A stretch of DNA of 64,000 nucleotides. Origin: Bdellovibrionales bacterium (GTDB lineage Bacteria > Bdellovibrionota > Bdellovibrionia > Bdellovibrionales > UBA1609). The notes beneath the pieces are model-generated. The model had not been told where the DNA came from. It saw only the letters and a list, made by a program, of their open reading frames with translations, and did not search any database. Shown here one piece after another: positions 1 through 10,200 of the stretch. The position numbers and the translations under genes were made by a program. Location of the stretch: NCBI GenBank assembly GCA_043764155.1, contig JAYUKW010000012.1, positions 72,520-136,519 of the forward strand. The letters run 5' to 3'. Each line of letters starts with the position of its first letter. Positions within the stretch are counted from its first letter, which is position 1.

Positions 1-1120
1 GGGATTTTTCTAAGAAACTTAAGAATCCAAAAGTGCCTACTGAAAATAATCCATAACCAAGCAAGTAAATCATTAAAGCTTTTATGTTCTCGTTGAAAGG
101 ACCACCCTCTGAACCTAAAGCAACTAAGCTGACAAGGATGTAACCAGAGTGGGCCACACTTGAATAAGCAAAAATACGCTTTAATGAAGTCTGTGCTAAG
201 GCTCCCATGTTTCCAACTAACATTGTCAAAACAGCCACCCACTGCAAGGTTGCCGACAATGGAAACGAGTCTCCTAATACGTCCAACATCAAAAATCGGG
301 TTAAGGCTAAAATGGACGCCACTTTAACCGCTGTCGCCATATACAAAGTCAGCGGAGTAGATGCCCCTTGATAGACATCTGGAACCCATGAGTGAAATGG
401 AAACATTGATATTTTAAATCCAAAACCAATCAATACCAGCGCATAGCCCACTAAAAATAATCTGTCGGTTGCAATCAATTCAGAAGCCACTTCAACTAAA
501 GCCGAATAGTTGGTGATGATTTGACCGTTTGATACAATAACAGCGGAACCATAAATAAATGAGATTCCAAAAAGTAAAATGGCTGAAGCTACCGATCCTA
601 AAACAAAATATTTTACTGCAGCTTCCTTTGAATGATGGGGCTCGCGACTCATGGTGATTAACATGTATAAAGACAAAGACATCATCTCTAGTCCGATAAA
701 AGTTACGATCAGGTCATTTGAGGACAACATGACAATCATGCCCAACAAACTATTTAAATATAAAAAGATAAATTCTGATAGTTGCGATCTTCTTACAGAG
801 GGATGATTCAATAAAAAAGGAAGGGCTAAAATAGCCAGCAAGTAAGTTAAAATCGAAGACAAAAAAGTAAAGCTATCAAAAACTAAGGCCTGAGAAAATG
901 CAAAAAACGTCCCACCCGCAAAGATCCGTCCGTGAAATAAAATCATCAGCACTAAAGATATAAACACACCAAAGACTGCAACCCCAATATTAACATCGGC
1001 CTTGGCCTCTTCATTGCCTCTGATAAAAACTTTAATGGCTATCGGCACCAGACTAAAAACAAAAAGTGTTATCATTGGTAAAACAAGTAAGAAATCAATA
1101 AATTTAAACGTCGATTGCAT
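1..1120 (-). CDS. nuoN: NADH-quinone oxidoreductase subunit N. The N-terminal ~373 codons are present and the 3' end runs off the window start.
   Basis: ATG at 1120-1118, 13 nt downstream of the nuoM stop codon. My reverse-strand translation begins MQSTFKFIDFLLVLPMITLF, is polytopic and contains AYSSVAHSGY, an antiporter-like subunit motif. It has the expected position after nuoM. It is absent from the ORF track because it is open at the edge. Confidence 0.85.
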   Translation of the reverse strand, partial: MQSTFKFIDFLLVLPMITLFVFSLVPIAIKVFIRGNEEAKADVNIGVAVFGVFISLVLMILFHGRIFAGGTFFAFSQALVFDSFTFLSSILTYLLAILALPFLLNHPSVRRSQLSEFIFLYLNSLLGMIVMLSSNDLIVTFIGLEMMSLSLYMLITMSREPHHSKEAAVKYFVLGSVASAILLFGISFIYGSAVIVSNGQIITNYSALVEVASELIATDRLFLVGYALVLIGFGFKISMFPFHSWVPDVYQGASTPLTLYMATAVKVASILALTRFLMLDVLGDSFPLSATLQWVAVLTMLVGNMGALAQTSLKRIFAYSSVAHSGYILVSLVALGSEGGPFNENIKALMIYLLGYGLFSVGTFGFLSFLEKS

Positions 1121-1135
1121 AAAAATTCCTATTCA

Positions 1136-2740
1136 TTAATTGTTCATTTCCTTAGAAATTAATTCCTTAGAAGTACTTCCCTTTTTATAAAGGAGTGATT
1201 TCAGTGTGCTTGATGTTTCCCCAGAGTATATAGCCAATTGATAATTATCCTTATTTTTAGCTAAATTTGAAATGCTTTTCTCAGAATACTTTAAGAACTG
1301 GCCCGGAAATAATCCCATCCAAAAAACTAGAACAACTATAGGTACTAAAACAAACAACTCAGATATAGTTAAATCTGTAAGTTTCATGCTGATTAGATTT
1401 GGATTCTCTTCACCAAAAAACACTTTCTTAATCATCCAAAGCATATACGTCGCACCTAAAATAACACCTAAAACGGCAAGCCCGCCCCAAAGTGGATTAT
1501 TTAAGTAAGCGCCCATCAAAATATAAAACTCACCCACAAAACCATTAGTCATTGGAACTGCAATACTCGAAAAAGTAATCACAAGAAAAAATATAGAATA
1601 AATTGGAAGTATTTTAGCTAGTCCACCGTAAGCCGAAATCTCTCTGGTATGTGTGCGATCGTAAATCATTCCCACAAGAAAAAACAAAGCTCCAGTAGAA
1701 AGACCATGGTTTAACATCTGATACAAACCACCCGTCATTCCAATTTCATTAAAAGCAAATAATCCTAAGATAATATAACCCATGTGTGACACCGAAGAAT
1801 ACGCCACAAGTTTTTTAATATCAGTTTGAACCATCGCGACCAAGGCCCCATAAATAATTCCAATCACCGCAAGAAACGAAAAAATCCAAGCCAACTGTGT
1901 CGCTGCATCTGGAAACAGAGGAATTGCAAAACGCATAAATCCATACGTCCCCATCTTTAACATCACCCCTGCTAAAATCACCGAACCAGGAGTTGGCGCT
2001 TGAACGTGAGCATCTGGAAGCCAGGTATGAACTGGAAACATTGGGACTTTAATAGCAAACGCAATCGCGAATCCTAGAAATAGAATTGTTTGAGTTGAAA
2101 AAAGACGACCATCAATAAAAGCTATATCTAATCTATAAAGTTCTAAAACATTACTGCTTAAAACTCCTGTCACAGATTTATTTAAAAGCATTAAGCAAAT
2201 AATTGAAGCTAGCATGAACACGGAACCCAACATCGTGTAAATGAAAAATTTAAATGATGCGTAAATCTTTTTATCTCCACCCCAAATTCCGATCAACATC
2301 GCCATAGGAATTAGCGAGCTTTCAAAGAAAATATAAAAAAGAATTAAATCCAAAGCTAGAAATGATCCCACCATAGACGCTTGAAGAATAAACATGGCCG
2401 CATAAAAACTTCTTATTTTTGTTTTAACTGACTTAGCTGAACCAATAATAACTAAGGGAAGTAAAAAGTTTGACAGCATAACCAGCCATAATGAAATTCC
2501 ATCGACACCAATAAAATATTGTATTCCTAACTGAGGTATCCATGACACTTGTTCAGAAAACTGTATCGCCGCTGAACTTGGATCAAATTTAAAAAGCATA
2601 AGTATCGACAGGGCAAACAAGATTCCAGAGAAGATCAAAGCCAAAGGCTGAATGATCTTGTCTTTGATTAAATCAGCTGGACTTAACGCAATAATCCCTG
2701 CGAAGACCAAAGGTAAGAATATAAGAGCAGATAACAACAT
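1136..2740 (-). CDS. nuoM: NADH-quinone oxidoreductase subunit M
   Basis: 534-aa polytopic protein with HTWLPDAHVQAPTPGSVILAG and YSSVSHMGY motifs typical of NuoM/ND4. It lies between nuoL and nuoN. Confidence 0.95.
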   Translation of the reverse strand: MLLSALIFLPLVFAGIIALSPADLIKDKIIQPLALIFSGILFALSILMLFKFDPSSAAIQFSEQVSWIPQLGIQYFIGVDGISLWLVMLSNFLLPLVIIGSAKSVKTKIRSFYAAMFILQASMVGSFLALDLILFYIFFESSLIPMAMLIGIWGGDKKIYASFKFFIYTMLGSVFMLASIICLMLLNKSVTGVLSSNVLELYRLDIAFIDGRLFSTQTILFLGFAIAFAIKVPMFPVHTWLPDAHVQAPTPGSVILAGVMLKMGTYGFMRFAIPLFPDAATQLAWIFSFLAVIGIIYGALVAMVQTDIKKLVAYSSVSHMGYIILGLFAFNEIGMTGGLYQMLNHGLSTGALFFLVGMIYDRTHTREISAYGGLAKILPIYSIFFLVITFSSIAVPMTNGFVGEFYILMGAYLNNPLWGGLAVLGVILGATYMLWMIKKVFFGEENPNLISMKLTDLTISELFVLVPIVVLVFWMGLFPGQFLKYSEKSISNLAKNKDNYQLAIYSGETSSTLKSLLYKKGSTSKELISKEMNN

Positions 2741-2765
2741 GGCCTCTCCTAAGATTAAAATAAAA

Positions 2766-4691
2766 TTAAAATGCGAAAATCATAATTAAAAATGTAGCTA
2801 AACCCAAAGTCATATAGAAAGCATAGTTTTGAAAATTACCATTCTGTAAAGACTTGTTATAAGACCCACCGGCACGAATCACGTCGGTGACGTAGTATGT
2901 GAATTTATCAATAAACATCACATCAATGTGAAGCCACAAGGCTTTTGAAGCCGCGACAAGGGGATTAATAATTTTTGAAAAATAAAACTCATCCACAAAA
3001 AATTTATTGTAACTGAGATTGTAACCAAAACTGATTTTCTTTGTGAACTTGTTTATATCAAAAGATTTTTTTACGTAAACCATGTAAGACAGCACTGCCA
3101 TTGATAAGGCCACCAAAACAGACACAAACATCAAAGCCCATTCTACGGAGCTAGATACTTCATGTTTTGTAATATGGGCCACATAAGGTTTTAATAAATC
3201 TTCCAGAATATTATGTGGATGCCCAGGCAACACAGCACTAATGACATGGGGAATTCCAAGTAAACCAGCAAAAGCTGCAAGCAAAGCTAAAATAATTAAA
3301 GGAAATGTCATGCTAAGTGGACTTTCATGAGGATGAACATCTTTTGACACTCTTGATTCACCCCAGAATGTAAAGCACATTAAACGGGTCATATAAAACG
3401 CAGTACATCCTGCACCGATCACACCCACAATCCAAAGTAGAACCGAACTTTGTTGACTAGCGTACGTATAAAATAAAATTTCATCTTTACTAAAGAATCC
3501 TGAAAATGGAGGCAGACCAATAATCGCAAGCCATCCAATAAAAAACGTTAAATGTGTGATGGGCATAAGTTTAGCTAATCCACCCATTTTTCTAATGTCT
3601 TGCTCTTCATGCATGGAGTGAATCACACTTCCGGAACCTAAGAACATTAAGGCTTTAAAAAAAGCGTGGGTCATTAAGTGAAAAAACGCAGGAATGAACG
3701 CCCCGACCCCAACACCTAAAATCATATAACCTAGTTGTGACACCGTAGAGTAAGCTAATATTTTTTTAATATCCCACTGTGTGATACCAATCAAAGCCCC
3801 AAGTAAAGCCGTCATTGCACCCACTATGGCTACAATCATCATCGCGTTTGGAGCTAAAATTAAAACTGGGCTAAGTCTAATCAATAAATAAACCCCTGCT
3901 GTCACCATGGTTGCAGCGTGGATCAAAGCAGAAACTGGTGTTGGACCTGCCATCGCATCTGGTAGCCAAACATAAAGTGGAATTTGAGCTGACTTTCCAC
4001 AAACACCAATAAATAAAAATATCATCGCCAAAGTGATTGGATTAAACCAACCTGTATCCGCAGTTAAGGCTGAAGCATACTGATTCAGTTCATAGTAATT
4101 AACTGTTCCAAGTTGTGAAAATAAAATAAAAATTCCTATTAATAAACCAGCATCACCCACACGGTTGGTGATAAAAGCCTTCATACCAGCCGCGGCTTTC
4201 TTTTCATCACTAAACCAAAATCCAATTAATAAATAAGAACAAAGACCAACGCCTTCCCATCCAACAAATGTCACAAGAAGATTATCGCCCAAAACTAATA
4301 ACAACATATTAAAGATAAATAAGTTGAGGTAAGAAAAGTATTTAAACGGTCTTGGATCATGGGACATGTAGCCCGCACTAAAAATGTGGATCAAAGATCC
4401 GACACCTGTAATGATCAATGTCATAATTCCACTAATTGGGTCCATTAAAAAACTAGCTGGGGCTTTAAAGCTCGCCACTTCTAACCAATTAAAAAAGTGC
4501 ACCGCTAAAACTTTATTTTCTGCGCCCAGCATCTCTTTAAAAAGAAGAACAGCGGCAATAAAAGAAATCACAACAGCAGAGGTTCCAATAATTCCAGCAA
4601 TCGTTCCATTCGATTTTCTAAAATTTAAACCATTGATTGCAAAACCCAAAAGTGGAGACAAAAATATGACGTAAAACAAAGCAGTAATCAC
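2766..4691 (-). CDS. nuoL: NADH-quinone oxidoreductase subunit L
   Basis: 641 aa with WLPDAMAGPTPVSALIHAATMVTAG and a long C-terminal amphipathic/TM extension typical of NuoL/ND5. Confidence 0.95.
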   Translation of the reverse strand: MITALFYVIFLSPLLGFAINGLNFRKSNGTIAGIIGTSAVVISFIAAVLLFKEMLGAENKVLAVHFFNWLEVASFKAPASFLMDPISGIMTLIITGVGSLIHIFSAGYMSHDPRPFKYFSYLNLFIFNMLLLVLGDNLLVTFVGWEGVGLCSYLLIGFWFSDEKKAAAGMKAFITNRVGDAGLLIGIFILFSQLGTVNYYELNQYASALTADTGWFNPITLAMIFLFIGVCGKSAQIPLYVWLPDAMAGPTPVSALIHAATMVTAGVYLLIRLSPVLILAPNAMMIVAIVGAMTALLGALIGITQWDIKKILAYSTVSQLGYMILGVGVGAFIPAFFHLMTHAFFKALMFLGSGSVIHSMHEEQDIRKMGGLAKLMPITHLTFFIGWLAIIGLPPFSGFFSKDEILFYTYASQQSSVLLWIVGVIGAGCTAFYMTRLMCFTFWGESRVSKDVHPHESPLSMTFPLIILALLAAFAGLLGIPHVISAVLPGHPHNILEDLLKPYVAHITKHEVSSSVEWALMFVSVLVALSMAVLSYMVYVKKSFDINKFTKKISFGYNLSYNKFFVDEFYFSKIINPLVAASKALWLHIDVMFIDKFTYYVTDVIRAGGSYNKSLQNGNFQNYAFYMTLGLATFLIMIFAF

Positions 4692-4703
4692 AAGATACTC
4701 CGA

Positions 4704-5030
4704 CTAACCTTTTAGTTTTTGAAAAAATGAAATATCAACTTCTTTAAATTTCTTAAAAATAGCAACGGCTATGGCAAGCCCAACACCAGCTTCAGCAGCA
4801 GCCACTGTCATTACAAAAAAAACAATCACTTGGCCATGAACATCGCCCGTATACGAACTAAAAGCTATAAATGATAAATTCACTGCATTTAACATCAGCT
4901 CAATACCCATTAAGATTACAATTAAGTTTTTTCGTAAAAGAACTGTTAATAAACCAATTGCAAATATAATGACTGATAAATAAAGAAAATGATTCAAACC
5001 GATTGAAGTCCAAGATTCAAGATTTAGCAT
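4704..5030 (-). CDS. nuoK: NADH-quinone oxidoreductase subunit K
   Basis: 108 aa with three TM helices, a GIELMLNAVNL motif, and a position between nuoJ and nuoL. Confidence 0.9.
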   Translation of the reverse strand: MLNLESWTSIGLNHFLYLSVIIFAIGLLTVLLRKNLIVILMGIELMLNAVNLSFIAFSSYTGDVHGQVIVFFVMTVAAAEAGVGLAIAVAIFKKFKEVDISFFQKLKG

Positions 5031-5538
5031 GTGTTCCTCCTTTTATTCTACTCACAGACACAACACCAATCGCAATCACTAAAAGTAAAACTCCTAGAAT
5101 TTCAAATGCGAATAAATATTTATCAAATAAAAGGACAGCTAGTTTTTTTGTGGGCGTTATAGATGCTGGATCTGCCGCTAAAATAGCAGTGCTGGAATCA
5201 AGACCTGATAATGTAATTGCGCCTGACAATAATCCAAGAATAGTACCGACCACAGCGATCTTTAAAAATCTTATGTAAGCTAAAGACACGGACTCTTCTT
5301 TTTTTAGATCAAAAAGCATAAGTACGATCACAAATAAAACCATGACTGCACCTGCATAAACAGCCACTTGAACAGCTGCAATAAAATGGGCCCCAAGTGC
5401 AAAAAAAACTCCAGCCACACCAACCATAGCCGCGGCTAAAGATAGTGCAGACACAATAGGATTAGCTGAAAAAAGAACTGCTAGGGAAAAGAAAATTACA
5501 AACGCCGAAAATCCATAAAATACAGCAGCACTAATCAT
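5017..5538 (-). CDS. nuoJ: NADH-quinone oxidoreductase subunit J
   Basis: The ORF-track reading (5017..5613) carries a 25-codon N-terminal extension inside nuoH. The ATG at 5538-5536 overlaps the nuoH TAA (TAATG) and gives MISAAVFYGFSAF, a typical NuoJ N-terminus. Confidence 0.85.
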   Translation of the reverse strand: MISAAVFYGFSAFVIFFSLAVLFSANPIVSALSLAAAMVGVAGVFFALGAHFIAAVQVAVYAGAVMVLFVIVLMLFDLKKEESVSLAYIRFLKIAVVGTILGLLSGAITLSGLDSSTAILAADPASITPTKKLAVLLFDKYLFAFEILGVLLLVIAIGVVSVSRIKGGTHAKS

Positions 5539-6680
5539 TATACACCTCTGGCTAGCAAAAAGACGGCCGTTAATACTGTGTTCAAGATGGCCCATGGAAG
5601 CATTTTCTTCCAACCCAAATCCATCAGCTGATCATACCTAAATCTTGGCAACGTCCAACGAACCCAAATAAAGATCCATAAAAATAAAATCACTTTAGTC
5701 ATTAAGACTAAATGAAAAACTAACATTGTAAAGATACTAATTAAATTCACAGATTCGATTGCTAAAGTTTGAGAAAAAAACTCTTGAACGCCTTCAACTG
5801 TAAGTCCAGGAATTGTGTATCCCCCAAAATAAAAAGTGGCCATTAATGCTGAAGCCACCATCATGTGACCATACTCACCGATGTAAAACATTAACATTTT
5901 AAGCCCACCGTACTCGGTGTGGTAACCAGCGACTAATTCCGCTTCGGCTTCTGGCAAATCGAAGGGAAGTCTATTAGTTTCAGCAAAGACAGCTACAAAG
6001 AAAAGTAAAGCGCCTAGTGGTTGATAAAAAATTCCCCAGGCAGGTAAGAATGATAAAAATGTGTACTCTTGACCTAAAAAGAAAAAATTAAGCGGCGCTT
6101 GCTGGGCCGCAATCATTTCAGTGAAATTAAATGTACCAAAGCACAAAATGATCCCGACTAAGGATAATCCCAAAGCCAATTCATAACTGATCATTTGAGC
6201 ACTGGCTCTCAGGGCACCGAAAAGAGAAAATTTATTTGCCGATCCCCAGCCTGCAAGTAAAAGGGCATAAGCACCTAAAGACGACACACCTAAAACAAAC
6301 ACAATTCCAATTCCTAAATCGAAAACTTGAGTCGAAAAAGTATGGGACACGCCTTCATTGATTAATGTGAACGGAATACTTAGTGGTATAGTTCCAAAAG
6401 CTAATACACCAGGCAAAAGCGCAATCACCGGGGCCATATAAAAGAATCCTTTATGGCTTTTTCCTGGGACGAATTCTTCTTTGAAAGCAAATTTCACTGC
6501 GTCAGCTAAAAGCTGAAGAAGACCTAAGGGACCTACGCGGTTAGGTCCAAATCTATTTTGTATGAACGCAGATCCTCTGCGCTCTACCCAAACTAGCAAT
6601 GGAACAAGTTGAACCATCAACAAAAATATGACAGACATTTTAATTATATTTACTGTAACAACGAAGGCGTCTTGGCTCAT
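5538..6680 (-). CDS. nuoH: NADH-quinone oxidoreductase subunit H
   Basis: 380 aa with ETNRLPFDLPEAEAELVAGYHTEYGG, the hallmark NuoH/ND1 motif. Confidence 0.95.
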   Translation of the reverse strand: MSQDAFVVTVNIIKMSVIFLLMVQLVPLLVWVERRGSAFIQNRFGPNRVGPLGLLQLLADAVKFAFKEEFVPGKSHKGFFYMAPVIALLPGVLAFGTIPLSIPFTLINEGVSHTFSTQVFDLGIGIVFVLGVSSLGAYALLLAGWGSANKFSLFGALRASAQMISYELALGLSLVGIILCFGTFNFTEMIAAQQAPLNFFFLGQEYTFLSFLPAWGIFYQPLGALLFFVAVFAETNRLPFDLPEAEAELVAGYHTEYGGLKMLMFYIGEYGHMMVASALMATFYFGGYTIPGLTVEGVQEFFSQTLAIESVNLISIFTMLVFHLVLMTKVILFLWIFIWVRWTLPRFRYDQLMDLGWKKMLPWAILNTVLTAVFLLARGV

Positions 6681-6684
6681 GTAA

Positions 6685-7056
6685 CTATTCCCACTCTAGA
6701 GCATTAGATTTAATTTCCCATAATAAGCCGAATACAAATATAACTAGAAATACGGCCATGGACATAAAGATGAATATCCCTTTACCTTCAGTAATATAAT
6801 CCTTAAAAACGAGGGCCCAAGGGTACATAAATATGATTTCAATATCGAATAAAATAAATAAAATAGCAGTCAGATAAAACTTTATTGGAACTTTTGTGAC
6901 TTCCGAATCTGGAACCGTCAAACCACACTCATAGGCCATAGATTTTACTTTACTGAATTCAGTTTTAGGACCAATTAATGAAGTTAAGGCAATTAGAAGT
7001 GCGCCAAAAGTAAGAACGATGACGCTCAAAACGACAATAGAAATTAAAGGTGACAC
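6685..7056 (-). CDS. nuoA: NADH-quinone oxidoreductase subunit A
   Basis: 123 aa with three TM helices and a FDIEIIFMYPWA motif typical of NuoA/ND3. Its stop is 4 nt before the nuoH start. Confidence 0.9.
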   Translation of the reverse strand: MSPLISIVVLSVIVLTFGALLIALTSLIGPKTEFSKVKSMAYECGLTVPDSEVTKVPIKFYLTAILFILFDIEIIFMYPWALVFKDYITEGKGIFIFMSMAVFLVIFVFGLLWEIKSNALEWE

Positions 7057-7258
7057 TTAAGTTCCTCCACTAAAAAGACTGAAGCATATAATCAGGTGAC
7101 TGATCTACGCGATTTCAATTATTAAGAATTAGTATGAATTATCACGAAGATTTGTCAGTTCCAATTTGTTTTTCCCAGCGGGTTTTGACGCGTTAGTCAA
7201 ATAAGTTGAACGCACTGACTATCTCTGGTGACTAAAAGCTTCATTCGTAGTTTGTACA

Positions 7259-10200
7259 GTGGTTGATATGGTGATCTCTTATTTCGAAACTTTGGTGCGC
7301 CAAGGGATCAATAAAAAATTAAAAGATTTATACGTCGAAGGCACTGGCTCTTACTATCCTTTTTTATTTTCTGTGACTCTGAATTCGTCGGAACTTGTTA
7401 AGAAATATAAACATCTTTTAATTGTGAATGACGACAAAGAAGCCCAAGAAGTCATCAGTTTTTTAAAACTACACTCGGTTCCTTTTTATAATTTACCTGA
7501 CTTTGAAGTTAGCCCCTACAGTGGACTTTCACCCAGTCAAAATATAAGTCCTCAACGACTTCAGTTTTTAAATGCAATTCAAACCAAAGAGACAGGTTTA
7601 TTTATAGCCTCACTAACTTCGCTGTCACAAAAAACTTTGCCCTTAGATTATTTAAAAGAGAACACATATCAGTTTAAAGTGGGGCATGATTTTCCAGAAC
7701 CTTCTGATGAATTTTTAAACTTACTTGGTTACAAAAATGTGTCTTTGGTTGAAGACTTTGGCCACTACAGTTTAAAAGGTGGAATTCTAGATATTTTTTC
7801 ACCCGCCCACGAACATCCAGTCCGAATCGAACTTTTTGGTGACCAAATTCAATCCCTAAGATTTTTTGATGTTGAAAATCAAAGATCTTTAAATCAAGAG
7901 CTTTTAAGTTTTATACTTTTGCCCGCGAAAGAATGTTTTAGTTCTCAAGAGAATTTAAAAGATGTTTATGGGTATTTAAATACGATTACTAAAAATAGAA
8001 AAATTAATAAAGACGAATTAGAATTGATCAATCATTCCTTGAGAAACCACCGGGATTTTGTGGGCCAAGAATTTTTACTCAGTGGGTTTTGGCCCAAATT
8101 ATCTTTACCGAAAGACTATATTAAAAGCCCACTTCTTGTTTGGATTAAAAACAAAGAACTGTTGGTTAACAATTGGTACGCGAACATTGAATCCTATAAT
8201 TTAGATTTTCAAAATGATGAAGATTTAATTATTAGACCTGACTTGTCAGATTTATATTCGCTGAAGTTTGATGATTTTTTCCCTGATGCTCAAACTATTC
8301 ACTTAGATGAAGTTTTATTAAAAGACATCACAGATGTCGAAAAAGCCTTAGATGACAATCAAGACTCTCAAGAAAATTTAATCACCTATTCGACATCTAA
8401 CTTAAGGGATTTTTTAGGGCATTGTGAGTCTTTACGTACAGATTTTGTAGAGTTTAAGAACTTTCTTAAAACTCAAATTTTAAATTGGAAAGCGCAAGAA
8501 GATAAATTTGTGATTTCTGCCGTTCAAGATTTTAATTTTCAAAGATCAATTCAGATTTTAAAATCAATGGAGCTAAATTATAAAGAGATTCAAAACTTTG
8601 AAGATTTATCGAATGATTCAGATATTGATGTTTACATTTTACGAAAGGACATTTTACAAAGTGTTCGTCTTCGGGATGAAAGCTTAGTTTTACTTAAATA
8701 TAAAGATCTTTTTGGTCGAAGTGTTAAAAATAAATCTAACAGTAAAAAACAAGACTATTTTAATAAAATTGACTCTATCAGATTCGGTGAATTAAAGCCT
8801 GAAGACCTAGTTATTCATATACAGCATGGTCTTGGAAAATTTATGGGGCTCAAAACTTTGGATGTCCAAGGTGTTCCAGCAGAATTCATTGAAATCCACT
8901 ATAAGGGTAAGGACAAATTATTTTTACCTGTCCATAGAATCAATCAAATTAAAATTTACGGTGGACCTTCACATGAAAACTTAATTGATAAGTTAGGTGG
9001 GTCTACGTTTGAAAAAGCCAAAGTGAAAGTTAAAAATCATTTGCGAGATATTGCTAATGATTTACTTAAAATTTACGCTGACCGCGCTACTGCTGAAAGA
9101 CCGGCTTATAATATTAACCAGCAAGATCTTTTTTCTTTTGAAAATGAATTTACTTTTGAAGAAACGGAAGATCAGTTAAAAGCCATCGAACAGATCCATC
9201 AAGATTTAACTTCGCTAAAACCAATGGACAGATTAATTTGCGGTGATGTGGGTTTTGGTAAAACAGAAGTGGCTATGCGTGCGGCCTTTCAAGTTTTAAA
9301 TTCTGGTCGCCAAGTTGCGGTTCTTGCACCTACTACGGTTCTTGCCTTTCAACATTTAAATTCATTTTTAAAACGTTTTGAAGATTGGGGCTTTAATATT
9401 AAAGGGCTCAATCGATTTATTCCTGCGGCGCAAATTAAAAATACAATCAAAGAACTTAAAGAAGGCAAAGTCGATCTAGTTGTCGGAACACACAGAGTTT
9501 TAAGCCAAGACATTCAGTTTAAAGATTTAGGCTTATTGATCTGTGACGAGGAACAAAAATTTGGTGTTCGGCATAAAGAAAAGATTAGAAAGTTAAGATC
9601 CCAGGTCGACACCTTAACTTTGTCAGCAACACCAATTCCAAGAACCTTAAATATGAGCTTACTAGGTTTAAGGGATTTAAGCTTGATCACAACGGCTCCT
9701 ATTGATCGACAGCCCATTAGAACATTCATAACTAAATTTAATTCTGACATTATTAAAAAGGCCGTCTACGCTGAAATCAAACGCGGGGGACAAGTTTTCT
9801 TTGTTCATAATCGTGTTCAAAGCATTTACGGACTTCACGATCAGCTCAAAAACTTATTTCCTGATTTAAGAATCGCTGTTGGCCACGGCCAAATGGAAGA
9901 AAAAGATTTAGAAAAAGTCATCATGGGTTTTATAAATAAAGAAACAGATATTTTACTTTCAACGACGATCATAGAATCCGGCGTAGATATTGGTAACGCC
10001 AACACCATGTTTATCGATAATGCTCACCAGTTTGGATTAAGTCAGCTGTATCAGCTTCGTGGTCGTGTTGGACGAAGTAAAAACAAAGCCTATTGTTATT
10101 TAATTATTCCGAAGGGAAAGCAGTTAGACAAAGAGTCTTTAGAACGATTAAAAATCCTTCAAGAGAACACCACTTTAGGAAGCGGCCTTCGAATAGCCCA

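Noticed and set aside
1272-1508. Short ORFs antisense to or embedded in well-supported genes. Examples: 1272-1508, 4384-4674, 5003-5278, 9514-9750, 11011-11193, 14334-14519, 17306-17572, 18383-18565, 24250-24615, 26776-27782 (a group), 28493-28684, 29986-30246, 31743-32021, 36130-36772, 38389-38583, 40524-40760, 41990-42184, 48166-48381, 48733-49182, 50001-50336, 50714-51007, 51890-52120, 53715-54170, 55401-55691, 57357-57539, 61414-61602.
   Set aside because: Each lies wholly inside a longer ORF with strong family motifs on the other strand or frame. Their translations are low-complexity with no motifs and no RBS. This is the expected by-product of AT-rich codon usage.
5539-5613. N-terminal extensions in the ORF track for nuoJ, atpD (17695-17736), parA (24058-24072), yidD (30616-30753), dnaA (31391-31444), recF (34205-34240), sdhC (52366-52413) and the beta-barrel gene (63846-63977).
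   Set aside because: The extensions overlap the upstream gene, lack an RBS, and add residues not seen at the N-termini of these families. Internal starts with an RBS or stop-start coupling fit better.
7057-7258. Overlapping short inverted repeats in the nuoA/mfd divergent spacer: TTGAC-N6-GTCAA (7184-7199, by my count) and TAGTCA-N16-TGACTA (7194-7221).
   Set aside because: They have only 5-6 bp arms, which is within chance expectation for a 200-nt spacer. They may be promoter or operator elements, but I cannot support a specific call.
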